DNA of 64,000 bases, from the NCBI GenBank assembly GCA_944385125.1, contig CALWVZ010000005.1:74-64073 (forward strand), written 5' to 3'. Made by a program: the position numbers and the translations under genes. Positions within the stretch are counted from its first letter, which is position 1, and each line of letters starts with the position of its first letter. Shown here piece by piece: positions 47,797 to 56,398 of the stretch. The notes under the pieces are model-generated. The model saw only the letters and a program-made list of their open reading frames with translations, was not told the origin of the DNA and ran no database searches. The stretch comes from an uncultured Oscillospiraceae bacterium (GTDB taxonomy: Bacteria; Bacillota; Clostridia; Oscillospirales; Oscillospiraceae).

Positions 47797-49119
47797 ATGA
47801 GAGAGACTGAAAACTGCGGAGCCAGGTATGCCGCCCTGGTCTGCCTTGAGAGATACAGGCGGGACGGCACTTGGTCGGGCGCCGGGATAGACAGCATAAT
47901 AAAGAAATACCGCCTGGAGAGGCGGGATGCGGCGCTGACAGCCAGGCTTTGCCTGGGTGTGCTGCAAAACAGCAGTCTCTGTGACTACTATATTGATTTC
48001 TACAGCAGCGCCAAGCTGGAGCCCAAGCTGCGGGATGTACTGCGGCTGGGCGTCTACCAGCTGCTTTTTATGGACAAGATCCCCGACCGGGCGGCAGTAA
48101 GCGAAAGCGTGGCACTTTGCAAATCCTGCGGTTACTCCCGGGCTTCTGGCCTGGTAAATGCGGTTTTAAGGCGCATTGCAGAAAACAAATCTAAGCTGCC
48201 GGAGATACCCGGCAAGGGCAGCGCAGGATACCTCAGTATAAAATACAGCCACCCCTGCTGGCTGGCAGAATATCTGATAGAGAAAAAGGGCTATGAGTTT
48301 GCCGAGGCTTTTTTTGAGGCAAACAACCGCCCAGGCAAATTGAGTATCCAGGTAAACCGGCTGCGGGTCACCAGCGCCGACTATATCCGGGCCTTGGACA
48401 GGGCGGATATACCGTACCGATACTTCCAGGAACTGCCGGGATGCATTGAGCTGCCGGGAGGAAACGCTGTGGAGCTGCTAGGCTTTGAAGAAGGCCTGTT
48501 CTATGTGCAGGACCGGGCCGCAAGACTGGCGGTGGAGATAGCGGAGCCCAGGCCGGGAATGTCGGTGCTGGACGCCTGCTCCTGCCCGGGAGGAAAGTCC
48601 TTTGCCGCTGCTATAGCAATGGAGAATAAGGGCAGTATTCTGGCCAGAGATATCCACGAGAAAAAGCTCAGGCTGGTGGAACAGGGGGCCCGGCGGCTGG
48701 GAATAGACATCATCGTCACAGCCTGCGGCGACGCCAGGGCGCCGGAGGAAAAGCTCAGGGAAGGTTTCGATCTGGTAATAGCTGACGTGCCCTGCTCCGG
48801 ATTCGGAGTCATCGGCAAAAAGCCGGAGATACGCTATAAGGACAGAGAGAGCCTGGGAGGCCTGCCCGGGATGCAGAGGGATATTATCGGCAATCTGGCG
48901 GACTTCGTAAAGCCTGGCGGCACTCTGGTGTATTCCACCTGTACCATATTTGAAGAGGAGAACGAGCAGGTGGTGATGGAGTTTCTGGAATGCCGTAAGG
49001 ACTTCCGCCTACAGCCTTTTTCTGTGAACGGGAGGGAATGTGCCGGCATGTATACTTTTTGGCCAAATGTTGACGGGACCGACGGCTTTTTTGCCGCAAA
49101 ACTTATTAGGGAACACTGA
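47797..49119 (+). CDS. rsmB: 16S rRNA (cytosine967-C5)-methyltransferase
   Basis: NusB-like N-terminus. SAM site DACSCPGGKS and catalytic Cys motifs ADVPCSGFGVIGKKPE and YSTCTI. Confidence 0.9.
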   Translation: MRETENCGARYAALVCLERYRRDGTWSGAGIDSIIKKYRLERRDAALTARLCLGVLQNSSLCDYYIDFYSSAKLEPKLRDVLRLGVYQLLFMDKIPDRAAVSESVALCKSCGYSRASGLVNAVLRRIAENKSKLPEIPGKGSAGYLSIKYSHPCWLAEYLIEKKGYEFAEAFFEANNRPGKLSIQVNRLRVTSADYIRALDRADIPYRYFQELPGCIELPGGNAVELLGFEEGLFYVQDRAARLAVEIAEPRPGMSVLDACSCPGGKSFAAAIAMENKGSILARDIHEKKLRLVEQGARRLGIDIIVTACGDARAPEEKLREGFDLVIADVPCSGFGVIGKKPEIRYKDRESLGGLPGMQRDIIGNLADFVKPGGTLVYSTCTIFEEENEQVVMEFLECRKDFRLQPFSVNGRECAGMYTFWPNVDGTDGFFAAKLIREH

Positions 49120-50147
49120 TGGGAAAAGACATTTTATCCATGCTGCCCCAGGAGATAGAGGCGGATTTTACCGCCATGGGGGAGCAGAAATTCAGAGCAG
49201 GACAGGTATTCCAATGGCTGAGCCGGGGAGCAAGAGATTTTGAGGAGATGACAAATCTTTCAAGGCCCCTGCGGGAAAAACTGAGGGAAAGCTATGAGCT
49301 TTATCGGCCAAAGGTACTGAGCAAGCAGGTCTCCAAGCTGGATGGTACCATAAAATATCTATGGGAGCTTAAAGACGGCAATGCGGTAGAGACGGTGGTC
49401 ATGAGCTATAAGCACGGCAACACCGTATGTATCTCCACCCAGGTGGGCTGCCGCCAGGGCTGCGCCTTCTGCGCTTCTACCATAGGCGGGCTGGTGCGCT
49501 GCCTGGAGCCGGGAGAGATGCTGGACGAGGTGCTGTACTCCCAGCTGGATTCCGGCAAAGAGATATCCAATATTGTCCTCATGGGTATTGGCGAGCCCCT
49601 GGATAACTTTGACAATGTTATGCGTTTCTTGCAGCTGGTGAACCACCCGAAGGGGATGAACATCGGCATGCGCCACATCTCCCTGTCCACCTGCGGGCTG
49701 ACGGAACGCTTCGAAGAACTGGCGGATAGAGACTTGCAGCTTACCTTGTCCGTGTCTCTCCATGCCCCGGACGATGAGACCCGCTCAAAGATAATGCCTG
49801 CCAACCGCGGCCGGGGAGTGGAGCAGCTGATAGAATGCTGCCGGAAGTATTATGACAAAACCGGGCGGCGCATTTCCTTTGAATACGCCATGATAGACGG
49901 GGTCAACGACACGGAATATCATGCACGGCTCCTGGCAAGACATGCCAGATACGTGAGCGCCCACGTGAATCTTATACCCTTGAACCATGTGGAGGAGCGG
50001 CAGTTCCAGCCCTCTACTTCGGAACATATGAAAGCCTTTATAAAAATACTGGAGGATGCTGGAGTAAACGTAACGGTGCGCAGGAAGCTGGGGGGAGACG
50101 TAGATGCCTCCTGCGGCCAGCTTCGCCGCAAAATGCAGAAAAGTTGA
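49119..50147 (+). CDS. rlmN: 23S rRNA/tRNA (adenine-C2)-methyltransferase, radical SAM
   Basis: CRQGCAFC radical-SAM cluster and C-terminal DASCGQL. Confidence 0.95.
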   Translation: MGKDILSMLPQEIEADFTAMGEQKFRAGQVFQWLSRGARDFEEMTNLSRPLREKLRESYELYRPKVLSKQVSKLDGTIKYLWELKDGNAVETVVMSYKHGNTVCISTQVGCRQGCAFCASTIGGLVRCLEPGEMLDEVLYSQLDSGKEISNIVLMGIGEPLDNFDNVMRFLQLVNHPKGMNIGMRHISLSTCGLTERFEELADRDLQLTLSVSLHAPDDETRSKIMPANRGRGVEQLIECCRKYYDKTGRRISFEYAMIDGVNDTEYHARLLARHARYVSAHVNLIPLNHVEERQFQPSTSEHMKAFIKILEDAGVNVTVRRKLGGDVDASCGQLRRKMQKS

Positions 50148-50183
50148 GGATTGCCCGCTGAGGCGGGCGGAAACGAGGAAGAG

Positions 50184-50930
50184 ATGAAAAGTTTTGGACT
50201 AACTGACAAGGGACGGGTCAGGCAGGACAATCAGGACAGTTTTATAATCGAGAGCTGCACTGCCAGGGACAGCCTTATCGTGGCTCTCTGTGACGGGATG
50301 GGAGGCGCCAAGGCAGGAGGCCTTGCCAGCCGCTTATCCAATCGGGCCTTTGTGTCGTACATCTATGCAAAGCTTACCTCCCGCACGAAACGTCCCATAG
50401 ACTACAAGACCGTGCTGCAGAGCGCCTGCGCCGAGGCAAACTCAGTCTCTTATGAATACTCGCAGTTTGACGAGGCTTATAAAGGCATGGGGACCACCAT
50501 CGTAGGCGGTGTGATAAACGGCAGCGGTAATGGTTATATTATCAATGTGGGGGACAGCCGGGCCTACCATATTTCTCACAGTTCCAACAGTATTTATCAG
50601 ATAACCAGGGACCATTCCCTGGTGGAAGAACTGGTGGAGTTTGGAGCCATCACTAAAGAGCAGGCCAAAAATCACCCCCAGCGCAATGTTATAACCCGGG
50701 CTCTTGGCTCCGAGGAAAGCGTAGAATCCGACTATTTTGAATTTACTCTTCAGAGCGGGGATATCCTGCTGCTCTGTTCCGACGGCCTGTCTAACATGGT
50801 AACGGACCTGGAGATGCTGGATTATGCCAATGAGTATCAGGATCCTGAACTGATATGCCGCTCCCTTATGAGCAAGGCCCTGAAGCGGGGCGCCAGGGAC
50901 AATGTAACCGTCCTTGCCGTCATGAAGTAA
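50184..50930 (+). CDS. prpC: PP2C-family Ser/Thr phosphatase (Stp/PrpC)
   Basis: RQDNQDSF, LCDGMGGAKAG, LLCSDGLSN and ARDNVTV. ATG 50184 chosen. Confidence 0.92.
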   Translation: MKSFGLTDKGRVRQDNQDSFIIESCTARDSLIVALCDGMGGAKAGGLASRLSNRAFVSYIYAKLTSRTKRPIDYKTVLQSACAEANSVSYEYSQFDEAYKGMGTTIVGGVINGSGNGYIINVGDSRAYHISHSSNSIYQITRDHSLVEELVEFGAITKEQAKNHPQRNVITRALGSEESVESDYFEFTLQSGDILLLCSDGLSNMVTDLEMLDYANEYQDPELICRSLMSKALKRGARDNVTVLAVMK

Positions 50931-50951
50931 AAGCCCGGATTGGAGAAAACT

Positions 50952-52637
50952 ATGCCTAACACCGACAAATATATTGGCAAGCTCCTGGACGACCGTTATG
51001 AGATACTGGAAGTCATAGGAGAAGGCGGCATGGCCGTGGTATATAAGGCCCTCTGCCATCGCTTGAACCGCTATGTGGCAGTCAAGATAATGCGTGACGA
51101 CATGGCGGCGGATGACGAATTCCGCCAGCGCTTCTGCGCTGAGTCCCATGCGGTTGCCATGCTCTCTCACCCCAACATAGTGGCAGTGTACGACGTGAGC
51201 CACAGCGACGCCATGGAGTACATAGTCATGGAGCTGGTGGATGGTATTACTTTAAGACAGTATATGGACAAGCGGGGAGCCGTGCCCTGGAGGGAAGCCC
51301 TGCACTTTACAAAGCAAATGACCAAGGCCCTGTCCCACGCCCATGAGCGGGGCATTATCCATAGGGACATAAAGCCTCAGAACATTATGCTTTTAAAGGA
51401 CGGCACGATAAAAATAGGCGATTTTGGAATAGCTGCCTTGGAAAACGAGATGCACGAGGAGAACGGGCAGGCTATTGGCTCTATCCACTATATCGCCCCG
51501 GAGCAGGCCAGGGGGGAGTGCCCAGACGCCAGGAGCGATATTTACTCTCTGGGCGTTGTTATGTACGAGATGCTCACCGGGAAAAAGCCCTATGAGGGGG
51601 ACAGTATCGGCGAGATAGCGGTAAAGCATATGAACGCAAAGCCGGTGATGCCCAGGGAGATCGTTCAGGATATACCCGAGGATTTTGAGCGTATCTGCCT
51701 GAAGGCCATGTGTGCGGAGCTGGCGGAGCGATACCAGTCCGCAGCGGAACTGCTTGCTGACCTTGAGGCATTTACCCAGGCCCAGATAAAAGCTGAGGAA
51801 GCTAAAGAGGAGGCGCCGCAGGAGCCGGTCCCTGCCGTTGTGCCCGTGCGCTCGGTCAGCGAGCTTTCCAGAGACAAGTATTATTTCCGGCGCAAGCGTG
51901 CCCGCCGGGTCACCTTTGCCACCGGCGCCTTTGGCGCCTTGGCTTTGAGCATAGCGCTGTTCGTATTCCTTTGGAATTTCTGGCTGGGAGAGGTCTTTGC
52001 CCCAGCGGAGAGGGTGGAGCTGCCCAACTTTACCGGCAGTAACTATGAGTCCATCGTAAACAATGCGGAACTGGCATCCATGTACCGCTTCAATGTGGTA
52101 TATGTTATCGACACGGAAAATGAGAGCGGCTTGGTCCTCTCCCAGAACCCGGACCCCGGCCGCAGCATGATGGTGACTCCCGACGGCATAGAGGTGGAAC
52201 TGAGCGTCAGCACAGGCATGGTGTTCAGCCCTGTGCCGGATGTGGTGAACATTGATTACAGGGAGGCCGTCAACCGCCTTCAGCAGGCCGGCTTCCTGGT
52301 GGATATTGAAAATGCCACCTCCGACAGCGTCACCAAGGACTATGTCATCAGCACGAGCCCAGCCGCTAACGAGCAGCTCAGTTCCGGCTCCACCGTGTAT
52401 GTCACTGTCAGCGCCGGACCCAACATAAGCTATGTAGAGATGCCTAACCTTATCGGCCTTTCCGAGGAGGCGGCCATTTCCAAGCTGGAGAGCTGCGGAC
52501 TGAGCTTTGGGAGCTCGGAGTTTCTCCGCAGCGACTTGGACGCAGGAACGGTGATTGGCCAGAGTGTAGACGCCTTTACGGACATCGAAGAGCATTCCAA
52601 GATATATCTTCGTGTGTCCTCCGGGCCGGAGGGCTGA
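50952..52637 (+). CDS. prkC: Ser/Thr protein kinase with three PASTA domains (PrkC)
   Basis: Kinase motifs VAVKIM, HRDIKPQNIML and DFGIA. TM helix, then three PASTA-like repeats (VELPNFTG..., SPVPDVVN..., VEMPNLIGL...). ATG 50952 is 6 nt after GGAG. Confidence 0.93.
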   Translation: MPNTDKYIGKLLDDRYEILEVIGEGGMAVVYKALCHRLNRYVAVKIMRDDMAADDEFRQRFCAESHAVAMLSHPNIVAVYDVSHSDAMEYIVMELVDGITLRQYMDKRGAVPWREALHFTKQMTKALSHAHERGIIHRDIKPQNIMLLKDGTIKIGDFGIAALENEMHEENGQAIGSIHYIAPEQARGECPDARSDIYSLGVVMYEMLTGKKPYEGDSIGEIAVKHMNAKPVMPREIVQDIPEDFERICLKAMCAELAERYQSAAELLADLEAFTQAQIKAEEAKEEAPQEPVPAVVPVRSVSELSRDKYYFRRKRARRVTFATGAFGALALSIALFVFLWNFWLGEVFAPAERVELPNFTGSNYESIVNNAELASMYRFNVVYVIDTENESGLVLSQNPDPGRSMMVTPDGIEVELSVSTGMVFSPVPDVVNIDYREAVNRLQQAGFLVDIENATSDSVTKDYVISTSPAANEQLSSGSTVYVTVSAGPNISYVEMPNLIGLSEEAAISKLESCGLSFGSSEFLRSDLDAGTVIGQSVDAFTDIEEHSKIYLRVSSGPEG

Positions 52638-52643
52638 AAAGCT

Positions 52644-53534
52644 ATGACTGAAGGCGTTATAACCAAAGCGCTCAGCGGCTTTTATTATGTGACCACAGGG
52701 CAGGGGCTTCTGGAATGCAAGGCCAGGGGCCGCTTCCGCCTGGACGGGACCTCCCCCCTGGTAGGAGACCGAGTACTTTGCAGTCTCGATCCCCAGGGCC
52801 GCGGCCGTATAGACAGTGTACAGGAGCGGCGCAACTGGTTTATCCGTCCGGCAGTGGCCAATATAGATACCATGGTGTTTGTGGCCGCAAATACAAACCC
52901 GGTTACCGATCCCTTCCTGGTGGACAGAGTTTCGGTGATAGCGGCGCAGGCCGATTGCCGGCTTATAATCTGCGTAAATAAAAGCGATATTGACTCGGGA
53001 GAGGAACTGTATAAGATCTATTCCTCCTCGGGCTTTACCTCCATCCGCACCAGCGCCGAGACGGGAGATGGCATGGCTGAGCTTATGGATGCCATAAAGG
53101 GAAGCATCTGCGCCTTTACCGGCAACTCAGGCGTGGGTAAGTCCAGCATTCTGAATAGGCTTCTGCCGGGAGCAAATATACCTACAGGAGAAGTCAGCGA
53201 AAAGCTGGGCAGGGGCAAGCACACCACCCGCCATGTGGAACTGTATTCCTTGGGAGCAGACACCTATGTAGCCGATACCCCCGGCTTTGCCTCCTTTGAT
53301 GTGGAGATGATGAATCCCATACCCAAGGAGCAGCTTCAATACGACTTCATCGACTTTGAACCCTACATAGGCCGCTGCCGTTTTAGCGACTGCGCCCATC
53401 TCAAAGAGCCGGGCTGCGCTGTGAGGGAGGCCCTGGAACAGGGACAACTGATGCCCAGCCGCTACCGCTCCTATGTGCGCCTTTATGAACTCAGCGCTCA
53501 GCACAAGTCCTGGGAGCTTAAGGACCAGGGCTGA
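52644..53534 (+). CDS. rsgA: Ribosome small-subunit-dependent GTPase A
   Basis: Circularly permuted GTPase: NKSD, GNSGVGKSSILNRL and Zn knuckle CRFSDCAHLKEPGCAV. Confidence 0.95.
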   Translation: MTEGVITKALSGFYYVTTGQGLLECKARGRFRLDGTSPLVGDRVLCSLDPQGRGRIDSVQERRNWFIRPAVANIDTMVFVAANTNPVTDPFLVDRVSVIAAQADCRLIICVNKSDIDSGEELYKIYSSSGFTSIRTSAETGDGMAELMDAIKGSICAFTGNSGVGKSSILNRLLPGANIPTGEVSEKLGRGKHTTRHVELYSLGADTYVADTPGFASFDVEMMNPIPKEQLQYDFIDFEPYIGRCRFSDCAHLKEPGCAVREALEQGQLMPSRYRSYVRLYELSAQHKSWELKDQG

Positions 53535-53639
53535 TCTGGCCGCAGCCATGGGTCCTCTGTACGGTAAGCGAAAAATAAAGTCTAAAAAGCTCTTCCCCTG
53601 CGTATGATGTAGAGAATACATCGGCGGGGGGAGAGCTTT

Positions 53640-53792
53640 ATGCATAAGGGACGCAAAAACTATCTTGGCTGCGGGGCAATAATAGCGGGCATCGTGATAT
53701 TCCTGGCTCTTGTCCTGCCTACGGACTTCTGGTGGTTTATTCTTGCAGCGGTGCTTATAGGCGCAGGCATATGGTTCATCCGCTGCTGCTGA
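53640..53792 (+). CDS. Small hypothetical membrane protein (50 aa), not in the supplied ORF track
   Basis: ATG 53640 follows GGGGGGAGAG after a 4-nt spacer. Translates to MHKGRKNYLGCGAIIAGIVIFLALVLPTDFWWFILAAVLIGAGIWFIRCC, i.e. two hydrophobic helices with a basic N-terminus. The TGA stop lies 16 nt before spoVM. Confidence 0.45.
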   Translation: MHKGRKNYLGCGAIIAGIVIFLALVLPTDFWWFILAAVLIGAGIWFIRCC

Positions 53793-53808
53793 CAGGGAGG
53801 TATAAGGT

Positions 53809-53871
53809 ATGAAGGTATACATTTTCAAACTGCCGAGATTTCTCTCAAAACTGCTTGCCAGATTCAAGTAA
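53809..53871 (+). CDS. spoVM: Stage V sporulation protein M (20-aa amphipathic peptide), not in the supplied ORF track
   Basis: GGGAGG lies 8 nt upstream of ATG 53809. Translates to MKVYIFKLPRFLSKLLARFK, which shares M1 K2 Y4 K7 L8 P9 F11 L12 with B. subtilis SpoVM (MKFYTIKLPKFLGG..., sequence recalled from memory). Sits in the same prkC-rsgA-downstream neighbourhood as in B. subtilis. Confidence 0.75.
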   Translation: MKVYIFKLPRFLSKLLARFK

Positions 53872-53928
53872 TAATCATGAGATCCCGGCCATATGTTGTA
53901 CAAACTGTGCAGCAAGGAGCGTAAAGGT

Positions 53929-55431
53929 ATGGAAATAAGCTTTGAGAATAAAACGGTAAACATTTACAGGGAAGTACACCATCAGACCAAGCGGATACAG
54001 GAGAGCGCCGAGAGCGTGGTGCCTGACACCGACGATGACATCGGCAAGCTGGCCTCAGTGCATACCGGCGTGATGCTCAAAAGCAAGGACCTGACGTCCC
54101 GGGGCGTTACGGTGACGGGGGAGGCCACAGCCTCGCTGCTCTATATAACGGAGGACCAGAGCAAAGTCTCCTTTGTACGCCTGACAAAAAGCTTCAGCCT
54201 TGAGTATGAGATCCCAGAAATACAGCAGGATACTGTAGCCCAGGTAGAGCTGAGCATAATAAACTGCGAGGCAAGAGTGGTGAACCCCAGGAAAGTTTCT
54301 GTGACCTTCGAACTTGCCGGAGAACTGAGCTGCTACAGGCAGGAGAGCCTGGTGACGGACACCTGTCTGCCCCAGGACAGTGGAGAAGGGCTCCACGCCA
54401 AATATGAGAGCTGCGAACTGATGCTGGTCAATGCAGCCTGTGAAAAGACCTTTGGAATAAACGAGCAGTTCAGCTTTCCCGGCGGCAAGCCTGCCCCCAG
54501 CCGTCTTGTATCTCAAGCTGTGGAGTTCCTGGTATCCGACAAGCAGCTGATAGGCACAAAGCTTATAATAAAGGGCAGCGCCTTAGTGTCCCTTTGTTAT
54601 CTGTCGGAAGAGGTGAATTATCCAGTAAAAACAGAATTCTCCACTCCATTTTCCCAGATAATAGATATAGCTGAGGAAGGGATGGATAACTGCTGGCTGA
54701 ATATAGAGCTCACTTCCGCATATTTCGATATAATAAATACGATAAGTAACGACAAGGCCCTGGACTGCGAAATACATGCAGTGATACAGCTTGTCTCCCG
54801 CAGACGGAGAAGCATCGGCTATGTGGCGGATATATACAGTAACCGTATGCCGGTGAGCTGCGACATGCAGAGCTGCCAGTTCAGCATGGTGTCCGGCATC
54901 CAGAAGCTCAAGCTCAGCGCCGACGAGCGAATCAACGTCACGGAGGACTGCTCGGATGTGCTCAGCGCCTTTGTCAGCCTCAGCGGATATTCCATGGAAC
55001 AGGGCAAACTGAAAGCAGAGCTGGGCATAGATATATTGTACAGGGATGCCAATTCTCTTCTCTCCTCGGTGCACCGGGTGATAAATATGGAGGGCGAGGG
55101 CGCCAGGGAGAATATGAAGATATGTTCCGCCCGCATGGCTGACGTATATCTACGCCCTGACGGGCAGTTTATAGACGGCCACATCTCGGCGGAATTCCAG
55201 TGCATGGTGAGCGACAGCGTGGAATTCAAAAAAGTCGGAGCCGTGGAGCTGGACGAGGAGGCCGCCTTTGATACCGGGAAATACCCCTCCGTGACCTTGG
55301 TGAGGGTGGGCAAAGAAAGCCTATGGGAGCTGGCGAAAACTTACCACTCCAGCATAGAGGGTATAAGAGCCATGAACGAGCTGGAGGAGGATATTTCCGG
55401 CAAGCTTCTGCTGATACCCAAGGCGCTGTAA
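53929..55431 (+). CDS. DUF3794-type protein with C-terminal LysM domain (SipL-like spore coat morphogenetic protein)
   Basis: C-terminal LysM-like VTLVRVGKESLWELAKTYHSSIEGIRAMNELEEDISGKLLLIP. Length and repeated beta-rich N-terminal region resemble clostridial SipL/DUF3794 proteins. ATG 53929 follows AAGGAG. Confidence 0.6.
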   Translation: MEISFENKTVNIYREVHHQTKRIQESAESVVPDTDDDIGKLASVHTGVMLKSKDLTSRGVTVTGEATASLLYITEDQSKVSFVRLTKSFSLEYEIPEIQQDTVAQVELSIINCEARVVNPRKVSVTFELAGELSCYRQESLVTDTCLPQDSGEGLHAKYESCELMLVNAACEKTFGINEQFSFPGGKPAPSRLVSQAVEFLVSDKQLIGTKLIIKGSALVSLCYLSEEVNYPVKTEFSTPFSQIIDIAEEGMDNCWLNIELTSAYFDIINTISNDKALDCEIHAVIQLVSRRRRSIGYVADIYSNRMPVSCDMQSCQFSMVSGIQKLKLSADERINVTEDCSDVLSAFVSLSGYSMEQGKLKAELGIDILYRDANSLLSSVHRVINMEGEGARENMKICSARMADVYLRPDGQFIDGHISAEFQCMVSDSVEFKKVGAVELDEEAAFDTGKYPSVTLVRVGKESLWELAKTYHSSIEGIRAMNELEEDISGKLLLIPKAL

Positions 55432-55442
55432 TTAAATTTTTC

Positions 55443-55471
55443 TTGCCATATAAATGTCTCTGTGGTAAAAT
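55443..55471 (+). promoter_or_regulatory. Sigma-A-type promoter for yebC
   Basis: TTGCCA-17 nt-TAAAAT with a TGG extended -10. Confidence 0.55.
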
Positions 55472-55519
55472 ATCAGTCGATAATTTTCAATGCAAAGCAC
55501 ATAAGAGGAGCTGTTAATA

Positions 55520-56260
55520 ATGTCAGGACATTCCAAATGGCACAACATACAAAAGACCAAGGGCGCAGCGGATGCAAAACGTGCCCAGGCTTTTACAAAA
55601 ATCGCCCGTGAAATGATAGTTGCGGTGAAGGAAGGCGGCGGCGGGGACCCCAAGAGCAACTCCAAGCTGGCTGCCGTCATTGCCAAGGCCAAGGCCGCCA
55701 ACATGCCTAACGACAACATCAAGCGCACCATAGACAAAGCAATGGGCGCAGGCAATACCGAGAACTACGAAAAGATCGTCTACGAGGGCTATGGCCCCTG
55801 CGGCGTTGCCGTCATAGTGGAGACCATGACTGACAACCGCAACCGCACCGCCGGCGAGATGCGCCACTACTTCGATAAGTACGGCGGGAACATGGGCGCC
55901 GCCAATTGCGTGTCCTGGTCCTTTGACAAGAAAGGCGTTATCGTTATCGACAACGAGGACGAGGAGCTGGATGAGGATACAGTTATGATGGATGCTCTTG
56001 AAGCGGGCGCTTCCGACTTTGAGGCGGAAGGCGAGGTCATGACAGTATACACCGGCGTTGACGACGTGGCCACCGTTTCCGATGCCCTTACCGCTGCCGG
56101 ATATAAGCTGCTTTCCGCTCAGGTGGAGATGCTGCCCCAGAACGGCTACATCAAGCTCACCAATGAGGACGATATCAAGAACATGCAGAAAATGCTGGAT
56201 ATGTTCGAGGACAACGACGATGTCCAGAATGTCTGGCACAACTGGGAAGACGGCGAATAA
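55520..56260 (+). CDS. yebC: YebC/PmpR-family transcriptional regulator / translation factor
   Basis: Invariant N-terminus MSGHSKWHNIQKTKG. 246 aa. Confidence 0.95.
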   Translation: MSGHSKWHNIQKTKGAADAKRAQAFTKIAREMIVAVKEGGGGDPKSNSKLAAVIAKAKAANMPNDNIKRTIDKAMGAGNTENYEKIVYEGYGPCGVAVIVETMTDNRNRTAGEMRHYFDKYGGNMGAANCVSWSFDKKGVIVIDNEDEELDEDTVMMDALEAGASDFEAEGEVMTVYTGVDDVATVSDALTAAGYKLLSAQVEMLPQNGYIKLTNEDDIKNMQKMLDMFEDNDDVQNVWHNWEDGE

Positions 56261-56278
56261 AACCCATATGCGTTCTTC

Positions 56279-56312
56279 AGCCCCGCCTCTTCGGGAGGCG
56301 GGGCTGTTCTGG
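56279..56312 (+). terminator. Putative terminator after yebC
   Basis: AGCCCCGCCTC / GAGGCGGGGCT stem. The downstream T-tract is weak (GTTCTGG). Confidence 0.5.
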
Positions 56313-56398
56313 CCTTTGATTTGACATTCATGGGAAACTATGCTAGGGTAAGCATATCCAGGAGAGACGGAAAAAGCTATTCTCCCATGGAGGATAAA

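Noticed and set aside
53127-53963. 278-aa minus-strand ORF spanning the rsgA 3' end, the two micro-ORFs and the SipL-like start
   Set aside because: It overlaps the well-supported rsgA gene and has no RBS or recognisable motifs. The + strand micro-ORFs have strong RBSs, and one matches SpoVM.
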